Assembly (NCBI GenBank): GCA_041659045.1
Contig: JBAZZB010000002.1
Coordinates: forward strand, 231,412 to 295,411
Length of the DNA: 64,000 bases
Origin: Patescibacteria group bacterium
Lineage (GTDB): Bacteria > Patescibacteriota > Patescibacteriia > SG8-24 > DYFX01
Direction of reading: 5' to 3'
A program made the position numbers and the translations under genes. The notes below the pieces were generated by a model. It ran no database searches. It was not told where the DNA came from and saw only the letters and a program-made list of their open reading frames with translations. Below, in pieces: positions 28,168-37,849 of this stretch (its first letter is position 1; each line of letters starts with the position of its first letter).

Positions 28168-29319
28168 TTACTCGGCGGCGGCTTGGGAGACGGCGGCAGC
28201 AACGGCAACCGTCGCGCTTTTATCGAGCGCGTCGGGAATAATGCGCTCCACGCTTGGTTCAGGCACAAGATTCGCAAGCGCCTGCGCGGCGGCGAGCTTC
28301 ATATGCTCGGTGATTTTCAAGGCACCCGCGTCAAAAACGCCACGGAAAACTCCGGGGAACGCCAAGAGATTATTGATCTGGTTTGGGAAATCGGAGCGTC
28401 CGGTCGCCACAACTCCGGCACCTCCGGCTTTGGCTTCGTCCGGCATGATTTCCGGCGTCGGGTTCGCCATGGCGAAAATGATCGGCCGCGTCGCCATGCT
28501 ACGCACCATTTCTTGCGTCATGATTCCACCTTTCGAAAGACCGATGAACACGTCCGCGCCCACGAGTGCATCGGCCAACGTGCCGGCAAGAGCGCGCGGG
28601 TTTGACCACGCGAGCAGCGCCGTCTTCGATTCATCCAAGTCGGTTCGCTCTTTGCCGATGACGCCTTTTGAATCGCACAGCGTAATATCGGTCGCGCCGT
28701 ACGCGCGCAAAAGTTTGGCGACGGCGACGCCGGCGGCTCCGGCTCCAGAGAAAATAATCTTCGCGCTCGCGAGGTCACGACCAAGCGTCTTGCAGGCATT
28801 GATCAAACCAGCCAAGACAACGATGGCGGTGCCGTGTTGATCGTCATGAAAAACAGGAATATCCAATTCTTCCGTCAGGCGGCGTTCAATCTCGAAGCAA
28901 CGCGGCGCGGAGATATCTTCCAGGTTGATGCCGCCAAACGTCGGCGCAATGCGCTTCACCGTCTCGACGATTTCGTTCACGTCTTTTGTCGCAAGCGCAA
29001 TCGGAAAGGCGTTGAGTCCGGCGAATTCTTTAAAAAGAATCGCTTTCCCTTCCATGACAGGAAGTGACGCGAGCGGGCCGATGTCACCGAGGCCGAGCAC
29101 GGCGGTTCCGTCCGTTACGACCGCAACGGTTCTGCCTTTAAGCGTGAGCTTCTTCGCGAGAGACGGATCTTTCGCAATCGCGAGGCACGGCGCGGCGACG
29201 CCCGGTGTATAGACCGTCGAAAGCGTTTCGCGATCAGTAACCGGAACAACGCTCACGACATCGAGTTTACCCTGATATTTTTCGTGGAGTTCCAGTGAGG
29301 CGGCGTTGTAGTCTTTCAT
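28168..29319 (-). CDS. NAD(P)-dependent malic enzyme
   Basis: YTPGVA, DGTAVLGLG, FHDDQHGTA, GAGAAG and NQINN motifs. Confidence 0.95.
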   Translation of the reverse strand: MKDYNAASLELHEKYQGKLDVVSVVPVTDRETLSTVYTPGVAAPCLAIAKDPSLAKKLTLKGRTVAVVTDGTAVLGLGDIGPLASLPVMEGKAILFKEFAGLNAFPIALATKDVNEIVETVKRIAPTFGGINLEDISAPRCFEIERRLTEELDIPVFHDDQHGTAIVVLAGLINACKTLGRDLASAKIIFSGAGAAGVAVAKLLRAYGATDITLCDSKGVIGKERTDLDESKTALLAWSNPRALAGTLADALVGADVFIGLSKGGIMTQEMVRSMATRPIIFAMANPTPEIMPDEAKAGGAGVVATGRSDFPNQINNLLAFPGVFRGVFDAGALKITEHMKLAAAQALANLVPEPSVERIIPDALDKSATVAVAAAVSQAAAE

Positions 29320-29389
29320 GACGGCAAATGAGTTTCAGATGCATATCGTAGCATCGGCCTTATAAAAGAAAAAGAACCGCGAATGCGGT

Positions 29390-30136
29390 TCAGCCGTTGT
29401 ACGGCGTGACGGTCAGGAACCAGACGTCAGGACGGCGATAGCCGTCACGGTCGTTGAAGTCGCTGTCGAGCCTCCATTGCATGGAGCGGTCCCGATGATC
29501 GTTGACATCATCCTTCACGCCTGGAGTGAGCAGCACCGGAACCATCTTCTGCTCGGACCGGCGAGGCTCCTGATGCGTACCCAGAGCGTAGATGCGGCAC
29601 GGGCCGTACTTGTAGACCCAGTCCTCGGCGCTGAGATGCTCCGATACTTCGGCAGCAAACGAGGCCGCCTGGTGGAAGTTCGCGTGATGGAAGCCGCGAG
29701 CCCGGAGGTCAGCGGCCACACGCGGAAGCCCGGACGACACGCCGCGCATCACGTCCTCGCGGTACTGCGGATCGCCCATCGCATAGGACACGAGCGTGCA
29801 GCGAAATTCCGACGGGCCGTCATACGTTCCCGGGAACCACTCGTCGCGCTCGCCGCTGCCAGCGACATACTCGGCGAGCCGCCACTTCAACAACCCCGCC
29901 TTCTCGAGCGCCTCGCCGCGCGGCAGAAAGTCTCGCGCCTTGAAGACGTGGTTCGACTCCTTCATCAGGAGACCCGAGCTGGGACGGCGGCGAACGAAGG
30001 CTTGGATGCGCTGGAAGTTGTCGAGCGCCCACTGGGCATCGCGTTGGTCAAGCTCGTCGATGAACGCGCGGAAGGCCGTTTCGAGACCGAATCCCTGCGC
30101 GCGCGTGATCGTGCCGGGCATTTTTTGATCAGACAA
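29390..30136 (-). CDS. Hypothetical protein, SD-led
   Basis: AGGAG SD before TTG at 30136, TTGACA at 30196. Confidence 0.7.
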   Translation of the reverse strand: MSDQKMPGTITRAQGFGLETAFRAFIDELDQRDAQWALDNFQRIQAFVRRRPSSGLLMKESNHVFKARDFLPRGEALEKAGLLKWRLAEYVAGSGERDEWFPGTYDGPSEFRCTLVSYAMGDPQYREDVMRGVSSGLPRVAADLRARGFHHANFHQAASFAAEVSEHLSAEDWVYKYGPCRIYALGTHQEPRRSEQKMVPVLLTPGVKDDVNDHRDRSMQWRLDSDFNDRDGYRRPDVWFLTVTPYNG

Positions 30137-30192
30137 GGAACACTCTCCTGTGTTGGAAGATACCGTCCTTGTAGCAAAACGGAGCGTCTTTG

Positions 30193-30648
30193 TCAACGCT
30201 CGGCAACCTTCAGGATCGCTTCAAATTCCTTCTCCGTCACCGGTTGCACGGAAAGCCTGGAACCGCGCTCCAGCAGCACCATATCTTTCAGTGCCTTCAT
30301 GCTGCGCAACTCATCAAGCGAAATCAAACGCGGAAATTTTTTCACGAATCCCACGTCGACGCAGTGCCAGATCGGTTTTGTTTTCGTGGCCTTCGGATCA
30401 AAGTACTGGCTCTTCTTTTCAAACTGCGTCTCGTCGGGATGCGCCTCGGCGACAACCTTGGCGAGTCCGGCCACGCCCGGAGGAATTGTGCTGGAATGAT
30501 AGAACAGCACCGCATCACCGACACGCATCTCCTTCATAAAATTGCGCGCTTGATAATTACGTACGCCACTCCAGGCGTCTTTTTTCAGACGTTTCAGGTC
30601 ATCGATCGAGAAAGCGTCCGGTTCAGTTTTCATCAGCCAGTAGCGCAT
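30193..30648 (-). CDS. EVE domain protein
   Basis: YWLMKTEP, WSGVRNYQARN and RLSVQPV. Confidence 0.95.
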   Translation of the reverse strand: MRYWLMKTEPDAFSIDDLKRLKKDAWSGVRNYQARNFMKEMRVGDAVLFYHSSTIPPGVAGLAKVVAEAHPDETQFEKKSQYFDPKATKTKPIWHCVDVGFVKKFPRLISLDELRSMKALKDMVLLERGSRLSVQPVTEKEFEAILKVAER

Positions 30649-30737
30649 AGTGCGCCCAGTCTACCGTATTCGCATTGACGCCGCCCAGAGCCGGCGTTAA
30701 AGTGCCGCCACGCCGAACTTCCGGCGAGGAGGCACGC

Positions 30738-31328
30738 ATGCGCTCTCTCATTCTCATGACGCTCCTGGCCGTTTGCGCTCTCCCTCGCTCCGCCGCGGCC
30801 GAAAACGTCGAAACGGACGCTCCAGTGATCGAATCGTGGACCGACTTCGGCGGCACGATTCCGTTCCGAGGCGCGACCGGCATCCGGCTCCAAGGCCGCG
30901 TCGTGATCAGCCAAGACGATCTGCGCGACGCCTACGAAGCCAGCATCGGCGCCTCTCGCGAGCTCTGGCCGCACGCCGGACTCGACGTGACCGCCGGGTA
31001 CGGCTACGGCGGCGAGCAGCACACGTTCATTCTCACCGCCTTCCACGAAGCGACATTCGGCAAGGGCGTACACAGCCGCGGCTACGCGGTCGAACAGCGG
31101 CTGCGTCATGGCGACGGCTGGACGCACGAAGGCTTCTACCGCGTCGACTACGCCGTCGTCGGGCTACACCTCGCGCATCTCGGAATCAACGAGCTCGCCG
31201 CAGGCTTCCAACTCGGCACCGGGCTGGGCTACCGCCAAGCGCGCGTCGAAGCGCGTTTCTCCTTCGGCCTCGCGGGTTCGGCACCCGATCGCGTCACGGC
31301 TTGCGTCCTCACCTTCAACGTCCCTTGA
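30738..31328 (+). CDS. Secreted beta-barrel-like protein
   Basis: GAGGAGG SD, Sec signal ending AAA, amphipathic G/aromatic-rich beta strands. Confidence 0.7.
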   Translation: MRSLILMTLLAVCALPRSAAAENVETDAPVIESWTDFGGTIPFRGATGIRLQGRVVISQDDLRDAYEASIGASRELWPHAGLDVTAGYGYGGEQHTFILTAFHEATFGKGVHSRGYAVEQRLRHGDGWTHEGFYRVDYAVVGLHLAHLGINELAAGFQLGTGLGYRQARVEARFSFGLAGSAPDRVTACVLTFNVP

Positions 31329-31402
31329 AACGGGACGTTTTTCATTTGCGCGATCGCGAGGTTGGAGTTACCATGCGGCCTGTCCAAGCAAGGAGCACGA
31401 CC

Positions 31403-32413
31403 ATGTCCAAGATCGAAGAGGAACTGCAAGCGGCTCGCGCACGTCGAGACGCGAGCACGCAAGAAGCCGCATCCGAAATGCAGGCCCTTACCGCGCGTAT
31501 CAAGGCCGGCGAAACCACTGGCGACACGATCCGCGATTATCTCATCGCGAACTGGCCGGATACAGCCGCATCGCCGGAGGGCGCGAAGATCGAGGAAGCC
31601 TATCGCTCGCTCGTGGCGCGTACGGCCGGTAAGAAGGGACAGTTCGTGCTGCTCATCGAGCGTGAAAAGATCCACGCCGGCGGCTGCGAGGTGCAGTGGG
31701 CGCCGATGCGCGAGAGCTTTGCGTTCGGGCGGCTCGAGGGGGACGCATTGCGTCTCAGTCTCCACATGGCTGGCTGGGCTTTCCCGACAACGCAGTTCTC
31801 CCGCTACGGCGACGTTCACAATCTTCGCACCTTTTACAAAGATCCAGAGATTCACAGCGAGCAAGGAAGCCTGCGTCCCTGGTGCGAGATCGCGTTCTTC
31901 AAGCTGCAATCGGAGCAAGTCGATCTGAACGGTTGCGAGAACCCGGGGTTTGCCTATTTCAACCTCGGCGTCGATTACAACAGCCCGATCATGAAGCTCG
32001 TGATACTGATCGGCAACGACGAGATCGACGCCTGGTGCCGCCGCATCCGCGCGGACGGCGATCTGATCAAGGTTATTCAAACAACGAAGTATCGGGTCGA
32101 TACCGCGCGCGTCGACATGATTCGCCAGCTGGCGAAAGCGATTGGCGCCGATCCCGAAGGGATCCTGGCGGTCAAGCAACTCAATGACCTCGAACGCGCC
32201 GAGACGCTCGAGAAGCTCCAGACTGAAGTGGAGCGCCTGCGTGTCGCGAACGAAGGTTTCAAGGAAGCGAAGACACCGGCCGATGGAGCTCTTCACGGCG
32301 GAACCGTCGTGACGGCCCGCGAGAACATTCTCAAGCTCCTCGACAAGGCCGAAAGCCTCGGCATCAACGACCCGTTCATCCAGCGCCTCCGCGCCGCCCA
32401 CCCCGCGAAATGA
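31403..32413 (+). CDS. Hypothetical protein with terminal coiled coils, SD-led
   Basis: AAGGAG SD before ATG 31403. Confidence 0.75.
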   Translation: MSKIEEELQAARARRDASTQEAASEMQALTARIKAGETTGDTIRDYLIANWPDTAASPEGAKIEEAYRSLVARTAGKKGQFVLLIEREKIHAGGCEVQWAPMRESFAFGRLEGDALRLSLHMAGWAFPTTQFSRYGDVHNLRTFYKDPEIHSEQGSLRPWCEIAFFKLQSEQVDLNGCENPGFAYFNLGVDYNSPIMKLVILIGNDEIDAWCRRIRADGDLIKVIQTTKYRVDTARVDMIRQLAKAIGADPEGILAVKQLNDLERAETLEKLQTEVERLRVANEGFKEAKTPADGALHGGTVVTARENILKLLDKAESLGINDPFIQRLRAAHPAK

Positions 32414-32494
32414 TCGCGGGTTTTTCTTTTGTCGCATCTTGACGGAAGGCTTTGCGTATGCTAGTTTCCGCACGGATCTCAACTTGGAGGAACC

Positions 32495-33181
32495 ATGATC
32501 CGATCACTCTTCAGTATCGCTCTCGCCTGCATCTGCCTGACTCAGCGCGAAGCGCGCGCCGAACCGTCTGTCGTGTACGGAGAAGGAACCTTCATCGCGC
32601 GCAAGCGGGTGAACGAAAACGTCTTCTTCTTCGGCGAAGTGCGCCATCTGGAAGGACTCGGCACCGAGCAGTTCGAAGAGATGCTGACGAGCGCGGTGCT
32701 CGGCTTCGGCGGAAACTTCGCGAACGGGATCCGTGTCGAGACCGGCTTCGGACTCGTCGCCCGTCTCGAGCGCGGTCGACACGCCGAAGAACTCGCGGGA
32801 ACCACCGTGTCCTGGCTCGAAGAGGAACGCATGAACGGTTGGTCCGAATCGTTCCGCGTCTTCATGGAGCACGGTCGCATCGCGACGGCGGGCGAAGTCC
32901 TGATCGGCATGCCGTTCTCTTCGAACGAGAACCGAAAGCCGTTCATCGAGGGCCGTTACAGCCTCGCCGTGCTCGTCGCCGGAAAGAAGGACGAGGGCAG
33001 GCGCTTCTGGTTCGGCATCCATGTCGATCAGCTGAACACGCGCCTCACGGACGGCCTCAACCTGACGTTCGCCTTCGGCAAGATGAACGTCGTCTCGCTC
33101 CGTCTCTCCCTGAACTCCGGCCTCACCGACAACGCGCCCGAATGGTCGTCGCGTCTCGGTCTCGTCTGCGACTTCGAGTGA
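32495..33181 (+). CDS. Secreted outer-membrane beta-barrel-like protein
   Basis: GGAGG SD, signal ending EARA, alternating strands, C-terminal SRLGLVCDFE. Confidence 0.7.
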   Translation: MIRSLFSIALACICLTQREARAEPSVVYGEGTFIARKRVNENVFFFGEVRHLEGLGTEQFEEMLTSAVLGFGGNFANGIRVETGFGLVARLERGRHAEELAGTTVSWLEEERMNGWSESFRVFMEHGRIATAGEVLIGMPFSSNENRKPFIEGRYSLAVLVAGKKDEGRRFWFGIHVDQLNTRLTDGLNLTFAFGKMNVVSLRLSLNSGLTDNAPEWSSRLGLVCDFE

Positions 33182-33193
33182 TCGAAGTCGTTT

Positions 33194-33838
33194 TTATTTT
33201 GCGCGCCGACTTCGCAACCACTCGCGAATGATTTGGATCAGTGCCGGAAGTCCCGGGATGATAATCATGGCGAGAATGACGATTTCAAAATTCTTTTTGA
33301 TGATCGGTACGTTGCCGAAAAAGTATCCGCCGAAGACAAAGAGCGTCACCCAAAGCGCTGCGCCAAGAACATTATAAAGAGAGAAAACGGAGGCCTTCAT
33401 GTGACCAACGCCTGCGACAAATGGGGCGAAGGTGCGGATGATCGGCATGAAGCGCGCGATCACGATCGTCTTTGCGCCGTAGCGTTCGTAGTACCACTGC
33501 GTTTTTGCAATGTGTTCTTTTTTGACCGGAAGTCCACCGAGCGATCCCGTTTCAAGCACGCGTGCACCGACTTTGAGACCGATGCGGTAGTTCAAACCAT
33601 CACCCAAAACCGCCGCAACAAACAAAAGCGTCCAAACAACCCAGACATTCAAAGCACCCGTCGCGGAAAAAGCACCAGCCGCGAAGAGGAGCGAGTCGCC
33701 CGGCAAAAAAGGCGTGACGACCAAACCCGTCTCGCAAAAAACGATCAGAAATAGCGCGCCGTAGATCCAGTTGCCGTAGGTCGCGATCGCCGTTCCCAGC
33801 GTAGCATCCAGATGCAAGAGAAGATCAAGAAATTTCAT
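33194..33838 (-). CDS. dedA: DedA family membrane protein
   Basis: ETGLVVTPFLPGDSLLFAAG and ARFMPIIRTFAPFVAG. Confidence 0.95.
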   Translation of the reverse strand: MKFLDLLLHLDATLGTAIATYGNWIYGALFLIVFCETGLVVTPFLPGDSLLFAAGAFSATGALNVWVVWTLLFVAAVLGDGLNYRIGLKVGARVLETGSLGGLPVKKEHIAKTQWYYERYGAKTIVIARFMPIIRTFAPFVAGVGHMKASVFSLYNVLGAALWVTLFVFGGYFFGNVPIIKKNFEIVILAMIIIPGLPALIQIIREWLRSRRAK

Positions 33839-33914
33839 AGCCGCTTCATTCTACGCCATCTTGACAAAATGGTCATTTTGAGGTAAAGATCGTTCATCCA
33901 AGAAAGAGGCGCAC

Positions 33915-34241
33915 ATGCTCGAAGTCAAGACTGACGAGACGATCACCACCATCCGCGTTCTGGCGAGCCAGGGCGCGATCAACTTCGACACCGACAAGCT
34001 CGAGGGCTTCGAGGGCGTGATCGCGGACGTGTTCTCCGCACACGGCATGGGGACCCGCGAGACGTTGATGGAGGATTCGGTACTGATCGACCATGCCGGA
34101 GAGTTCGTCTCCGGCCTCGCCGTGATCTTCCCCAACCTCGAAACCATCACGATCAGCCGCAGCATGAGCTCGGCCGACGGCGGCGGGCGGTACGACTGGA
34201 AGACCTTCCAGCGCAAGCCGCAGACCAGCAAGAGCAGCTGA
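33915..34241 (+). CDS. Hypothetical protein, SD-led
   Basis: TTGACA promoter at 33861, GAGG SD, terminator at 34264-34291. Confidence 0.7.
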   Translation: MLEVKTDETITTIRVLASQGAINFDTDKLEGFEGVIADVFSAHGMGTRETLMEDSVLIDHAGEFVSGLAVIFPNLETITISRSMSSADGGGRYDWKTFQRKPQTSKSS

Positions 34242-34370
34242 CAGTACGCATCTCGCGTGTTCTAGAGAGCCCTACGGCTCTCTTTTCTTTTGGTAAATAG
34301 GCGTTGACACGCCCCTCGGAAGTTGGTATCCTCCCTCCGTTCGCTTTCCGGTATACAATGAATCCTGCAT

Positions 34371-34447
34371 GTCTCCGTAGCTCAATTGGATAGAGCGGCG
34401 GGCTTCTATCCCGAAGGTTGCAGGTTCGATTCCTGCCGGGGACACCA
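34371..34447 (+). tRNA. tRNA-Arg (TCT)
   Basis: Cloverleaf with anticodon loop CT-TCT-AT, TTCGATT T-loop and encoded CCA. Confidence 0.93.
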
Positions 34448-34451
34448 GCAT

Positions 34452-34526
34452 GGCGGCCATCGTTCAGTGGTAGGACAGTGGATTGTGGTTCCACGAATGA
34501 GGGTTCGATTCCCTCTGGCCGCCCCA
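34452..34526 (+). tRNA. tRNA-His (GTG)
   Basis: G-1, anticodon loop TT-GTG-GT, C discriminator, CCA. Confidence 0.95.
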
Positions 34527-34632
34527 TGAGAAAAACACCTGCAAGGGTGTTTTTTTCTTTGGGCGGCATTGACTTTTCCCGAATTATCGGCATACTTGCT
34601 TCGTCACGAAACCCTCCACGTGGAGACTGCCC

Positions 34633-35706
34633 ATGTCCGAGCTCGCACAGAATCGCCTCCTCCATCTTGCCGCTGCCTGCGGCGTCGTTCGCCAGGTCGT
34701 TGACCATCTTCGCCACGGATACACGCCCGACTTCCACACGGCCCACCTCGCAGCGCCCGTCTTCGACGACGTGCGCGAGTACGCCACCTGGTACGCCTCC
34801 GGTTTCCCCCGCGACGTCATTTCGAAGCTGGGGCACGCCAAGGTGTCCAAGCTCGTCCTCGCCGGCGACTTCGATGCGGTACGTGTGGCAGTCTGTGCCA
34901 ACCTGCACTGCGAAGACAGCGGCTGCCACGAAGCGCACGAGATGACCACCGAGCTGCGCGGCCTGACTGAAGACGAGCGTCTCGAGCTGGTCGATCACAA
35001 CCAGAAGATGTACCTGGCGGTCACCGTCGGTTACATCCGCTGCACGCTAGCTCGGGTCTGCGACCGCCGGGACGACTACGAGTGCGCCCGCGGCCACCTC
35101 GAGCATCCGGTCTTTGCCGCGCTGCCCAAGCCGGTGCTGAGCCGGATCGAGCTCGAAATCTGCGAGTACTGGAAGGACGGAATGCTGAACGGCGCTCGCA
35201 CGATGATGGACGCGGCGCTGAGCCGCGACCACAACTTCTTCTGGAGCATGGCGAACCGCGCGGTCGGCTGCGGCGTGCCCGTCGAGCCGATGCCGATCAA
35301 CCCCGAACTCCTGCCCGAAGACCTGTTCCCCGCCCCGGAGATCATCATGAAGAAGAAAGAGAACGTGCTCCTTCACCTCGCCCTCGCCGTCGGCTACGCC
35401 CGTCTCAGCCGCAAGAGCGTCGAGGATGTCGACACCGTCATGGCGCTCACGTTCGCTCAGGCGCACCTCGAGCTCGAAGCGTTCCGCGACCTCTCGGCCG
35501 CCTTGCGCAAGATCGTCGTCGACGAGATCCACATGCTCGCGCACGATGGCAACGGCACGCCGGACCAGGGCGTCGAGCTCATCGAAGCTGCTGTCGCCGG
35601 CAAGTACGGCCCGTGCTGGAAGCTCGCCAACTATCGGCTCCACCAGCGCGAGCCGAGCCACCGCCCGGTCCTGGCAGCGGCGATCGACCCTGCCTGGCTC
35701 CTCTGA
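34633..35706 (+). CDS. Hypothetical protein with three internal repeats, SD-led
   Basis: GGAG SD and a motif like LHLA...G......AHL...F repeated three times. Confidence 0.8.
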   Translation: MSELAQNRLLHLAAACGVVRQVVDHLRHGYTPDFHTAHLAAPVFDDVREYATWYASGFPRDVISKLGHAKVSKLVLAGDFDAVRVAVCANLHCEDSGCHEAHEMTTELRGLTEDERLELVDHNQKMYLAVTVGYIRCTLARVCDRRDDYECARGHLEHPVFAALPKPVLSRIELEICEYWKDGMLNGARTMMDAALSRDHNFFWSMANRAVGCGVPVEPMPINPELLPEDLFPAPEIIMKKKENVLLHLALAVGYARLSRKSVEDVDTVMALTFAQAHLELEAFRDLSAALRKIVVDEIHMLAHDGNGTPDQGVELIEAAVAGKYGPCWKLANYRLHQREPSHRPVLAAAIDPAWLL

Positions 35707-35771
35707 GACTCGCTATCTGAAGCGAGTCTTTTTCTATGAAAAAAACCGACGTGTGCAACGTCGGTTACGTT

Positions 35772-35987
35772 CTAGAAACCGTACTCTTTCAGAGTAACGA
35801 TGTGGCCGCACATACCGCACGGCCCGCTCACAACAAACTTGGCGCCGCAATACGGACAATTCTGTCCGGGTGTACACGCAATGCATGGTCGTTGTCCTTC
35901 GGTCGTCGAGACCTTCTTCACGCCCTTGCAGCTGGCACACGCTTTCGGCTTGAGATCAGAAGGATCGGGAGTTTCCATTTCAACCAT
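35772..35987 (-). CDS. Small double Zn-finger protein
   Basis: Four CxxC pairs and a GAGGGGG SD. Confidence 0.6.
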   Translation of the reverse strand: MVEMETPDPSDLKPKACASCKGVKKVSTTEGQRPCIACTPGQNCPYCGAKFVVSGPCGMCGHIVTLKEYGF

Positions 35988-36029
35988 GGTCCCCCTCTCT
36001 TAACACCTTTTCTCCCGTCAGGGAAGTCC

Positions 36030-37535
36030 TTACTTCACCGGCAGAGCAAGCGTAACGGTCGCCCCCTTACCTTCGCCTTCGCTCTCGATCCACACTTTGC
36101 CGCCGTGCGCCTCAACAACATGTTTTACGATAAAAAGTCCGAGCCCCGTGCCATCGGGTGAACTAAGCACTGCCGCCTGCGAGCGGAAAAATTTATCAAA
36201 AACTCGCTCAATATCGCTTTTTGAAATACCGATGCCCTCGTCGGAAATAGAACACGTCTGATACGCATTGCCATCAATCTTCGCGTCGGCCACGCGCACG
36301 GTTACGGTACCACCCTCTTTGCAGTAGGTAATGGCGTTGTCAGCTACGATCTTCAGCGCGAAAGAAATTTTTGCTTTGTCGAAGGGGATCTCCTTCAATT
36401 GGCTCTTGGTACGTTCAAAATTCCATTTCAACTTCCGACGCGCCAATGCTTTTTCAGAATGATCGTGAATGTCCTGCACGAGCTCCCAAAGGAACGCGGG
36501 CTTTTCATCTAGCACGAGCTTCCCCGTTTCAATATCAAGAGTCGCAAACACGCGCTCAAGAGTTTCGATGAGATACACACTGCGCTGGCGTACCGTCTCG
36601 ACGGCCTCGCGAAGTTCTGGCGCGAGCTTTTTCTCAGCCATCGCATCGGCCAATAATTCGCCGCTCCAGCGGATGGAGGAAAGTGGCGTACGAAACTGGT
36701 GAGATACGACGTCAATGAATTCAGAGCGCGCCCGACTTGTCGCTTCAAGCTGCTCACGCGTTATCTGCAACTCCTTCACCGTTTCTTCAAGGTGTCCGGC
36801 CTGTCGGCGCAAATCTTGATCGGCTGTACGAAGACCTTTGGCCTGCGCGAACGTCTCGTTCTCAAGTTCATGAAGCAATTTAACCTTCGCGGCCCAAAGC
36901 ACGGTTTTCGGCGTGAGACTGAGAAGATTCTTTAATGCCGGCAAAAAACCGTACGTCGCCTCGACGTCGAGGTAGGCCTGCTCAAAAAGATTTCGCGATG
37001 TTGTATGCCCGAGCGTAACGTGCAAAAGGCTGTACCACTGCTGGAAAAGCGCCGCCACGATTTCACCGCACTCCGTCATGTTGCGCATGCGCGCGGGCTG
37101 GTACGGAATGCCGTGCGCGAGATCAAGCTTCACGCCTTTCCACGGCGTTTCACTTAGGGCATTGGCGAGAATACGCTCGCTGACGTGCTGGCCGAAAAAA
37201 ACACGACTTCGCTTGGCATACGCCGCAAGGAGCGCTGAAGCGAGCGCGAGCAGTTGCGGCTCCGGTGCTAACAGCAGCAACCGAAACGTCGGGTACGCGC
37301 CTTCAGGAAAAAGCGCGAGGGTTTGTTGCCGAATCGTTTCGAGCGACAACGTACCCTTCGATTCGCGCACCAGCTCCCCTTCCGCCTCAAGGTAGAGCTT
37401 GGCAAAACGCTGCTCGCGATCACCTCTTTTTTCAAGAAATGCTTCGTCGGCGCGCAGACGAAATCGCTCGGCAAATACGGAATCGCCGGAGAGTCGACCG
37501 AGCAGCGCGAAGACGTCGAGGATGGCGTCAGCCAT
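36030..37535 (-). CDS. Sensor histidine kinase
   Basis: SHQFRTPL H-box, DNAITY N-box, DEGIGI and GTGLGL. Confidence 0.93.
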   Translation of the reverse strand: MADAILDVFALLGRLSGDSVFAERFRLRADEAFLEKRGDREQRFAKLYLEAEGELVRESKGTLSLETIRQQTLALFPEGAYPTFRLLLLAPEPQLLALASALLAAYAKRSRVFFGQHVSERILANALSETPWKGVKLDLAHGIPYQPARMRNMTECGEIVAALFQQWYSLLHVTLGHTTSRNLFEQAYLDVEATYGFLPALKNLLSLTPKTVLWAAKVKLLHELENETFAQAKGLRTADQDLRRQAGHLEETVKELQITREQLEATSRARSEFIDVVSHQFRTPLSSIRWSGELLADAMAEKKLAPELREAVETVRQRSVYLIETLERVFATLDIETGKLVLDEKPAFLWELVQDIHDHSEKALARRKLKWNFERTKSQLKEIPFDKAKISFALKIVADNAITYCKEGGTVTVRVADAKIDGNAYQTCSISDEGIGISKSDIERVFDKFFRSQAAVLSSPDGTGLGLFIVKHVVEAHGGKVWIESEGEGKGATVTLALPVK

Positions 37536-37537
37536 AC

Positions 37538-37825
37538 CTACTTCAATATTTTTTTGTACAAAGCACGCGCGTAGAGAGCACCCGCCAAAAGACACGCGGC
37601 ACCAACCGCCTCAACCACAGGGACGAACGCAAGAAGAAGCCCCAACAGGTCAAAAAGATTCGCGACACCGATAGCCGTCGTACCGAACGCGAGCAAGATC
37701 CATGTCACGTTCATCTTCGCTCCTTTGTTGAGCATGATGAACGTAAACGATGCGATCGTCGCGCCAAAACAGCAAAACGCCGTAACCGCGGGCAAAAGAT
37801 AGACAAGCGTCGTTGTATCAAACAT
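37538..37825 (-). CDS. Small three-TM membrane protein
   Basis: Hydrophobic 95 aa ORF adjoining the kinase. Confidence 0.7.
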   Translation of the reverse strand: MFDTTTLVYLLPAVTAFCCFGATIASFTFIMLNKGAKMNVTWILLAFGTTAIGVANLFDLLGLLLAFVPVVEAVGAACLLAGALYARALYKKILK

Positions 37826-37849
37826 GCGTGGTGATTCTCCTACAGTCTA

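Noticed and set aside
30773-31402. 546-aa ORF as a single protein
   Set aside because: The N-terminal 210 codons are an Arg-rich off-frame overlap with the 30738 gene. The real start is the SD-led ATG at 31403.
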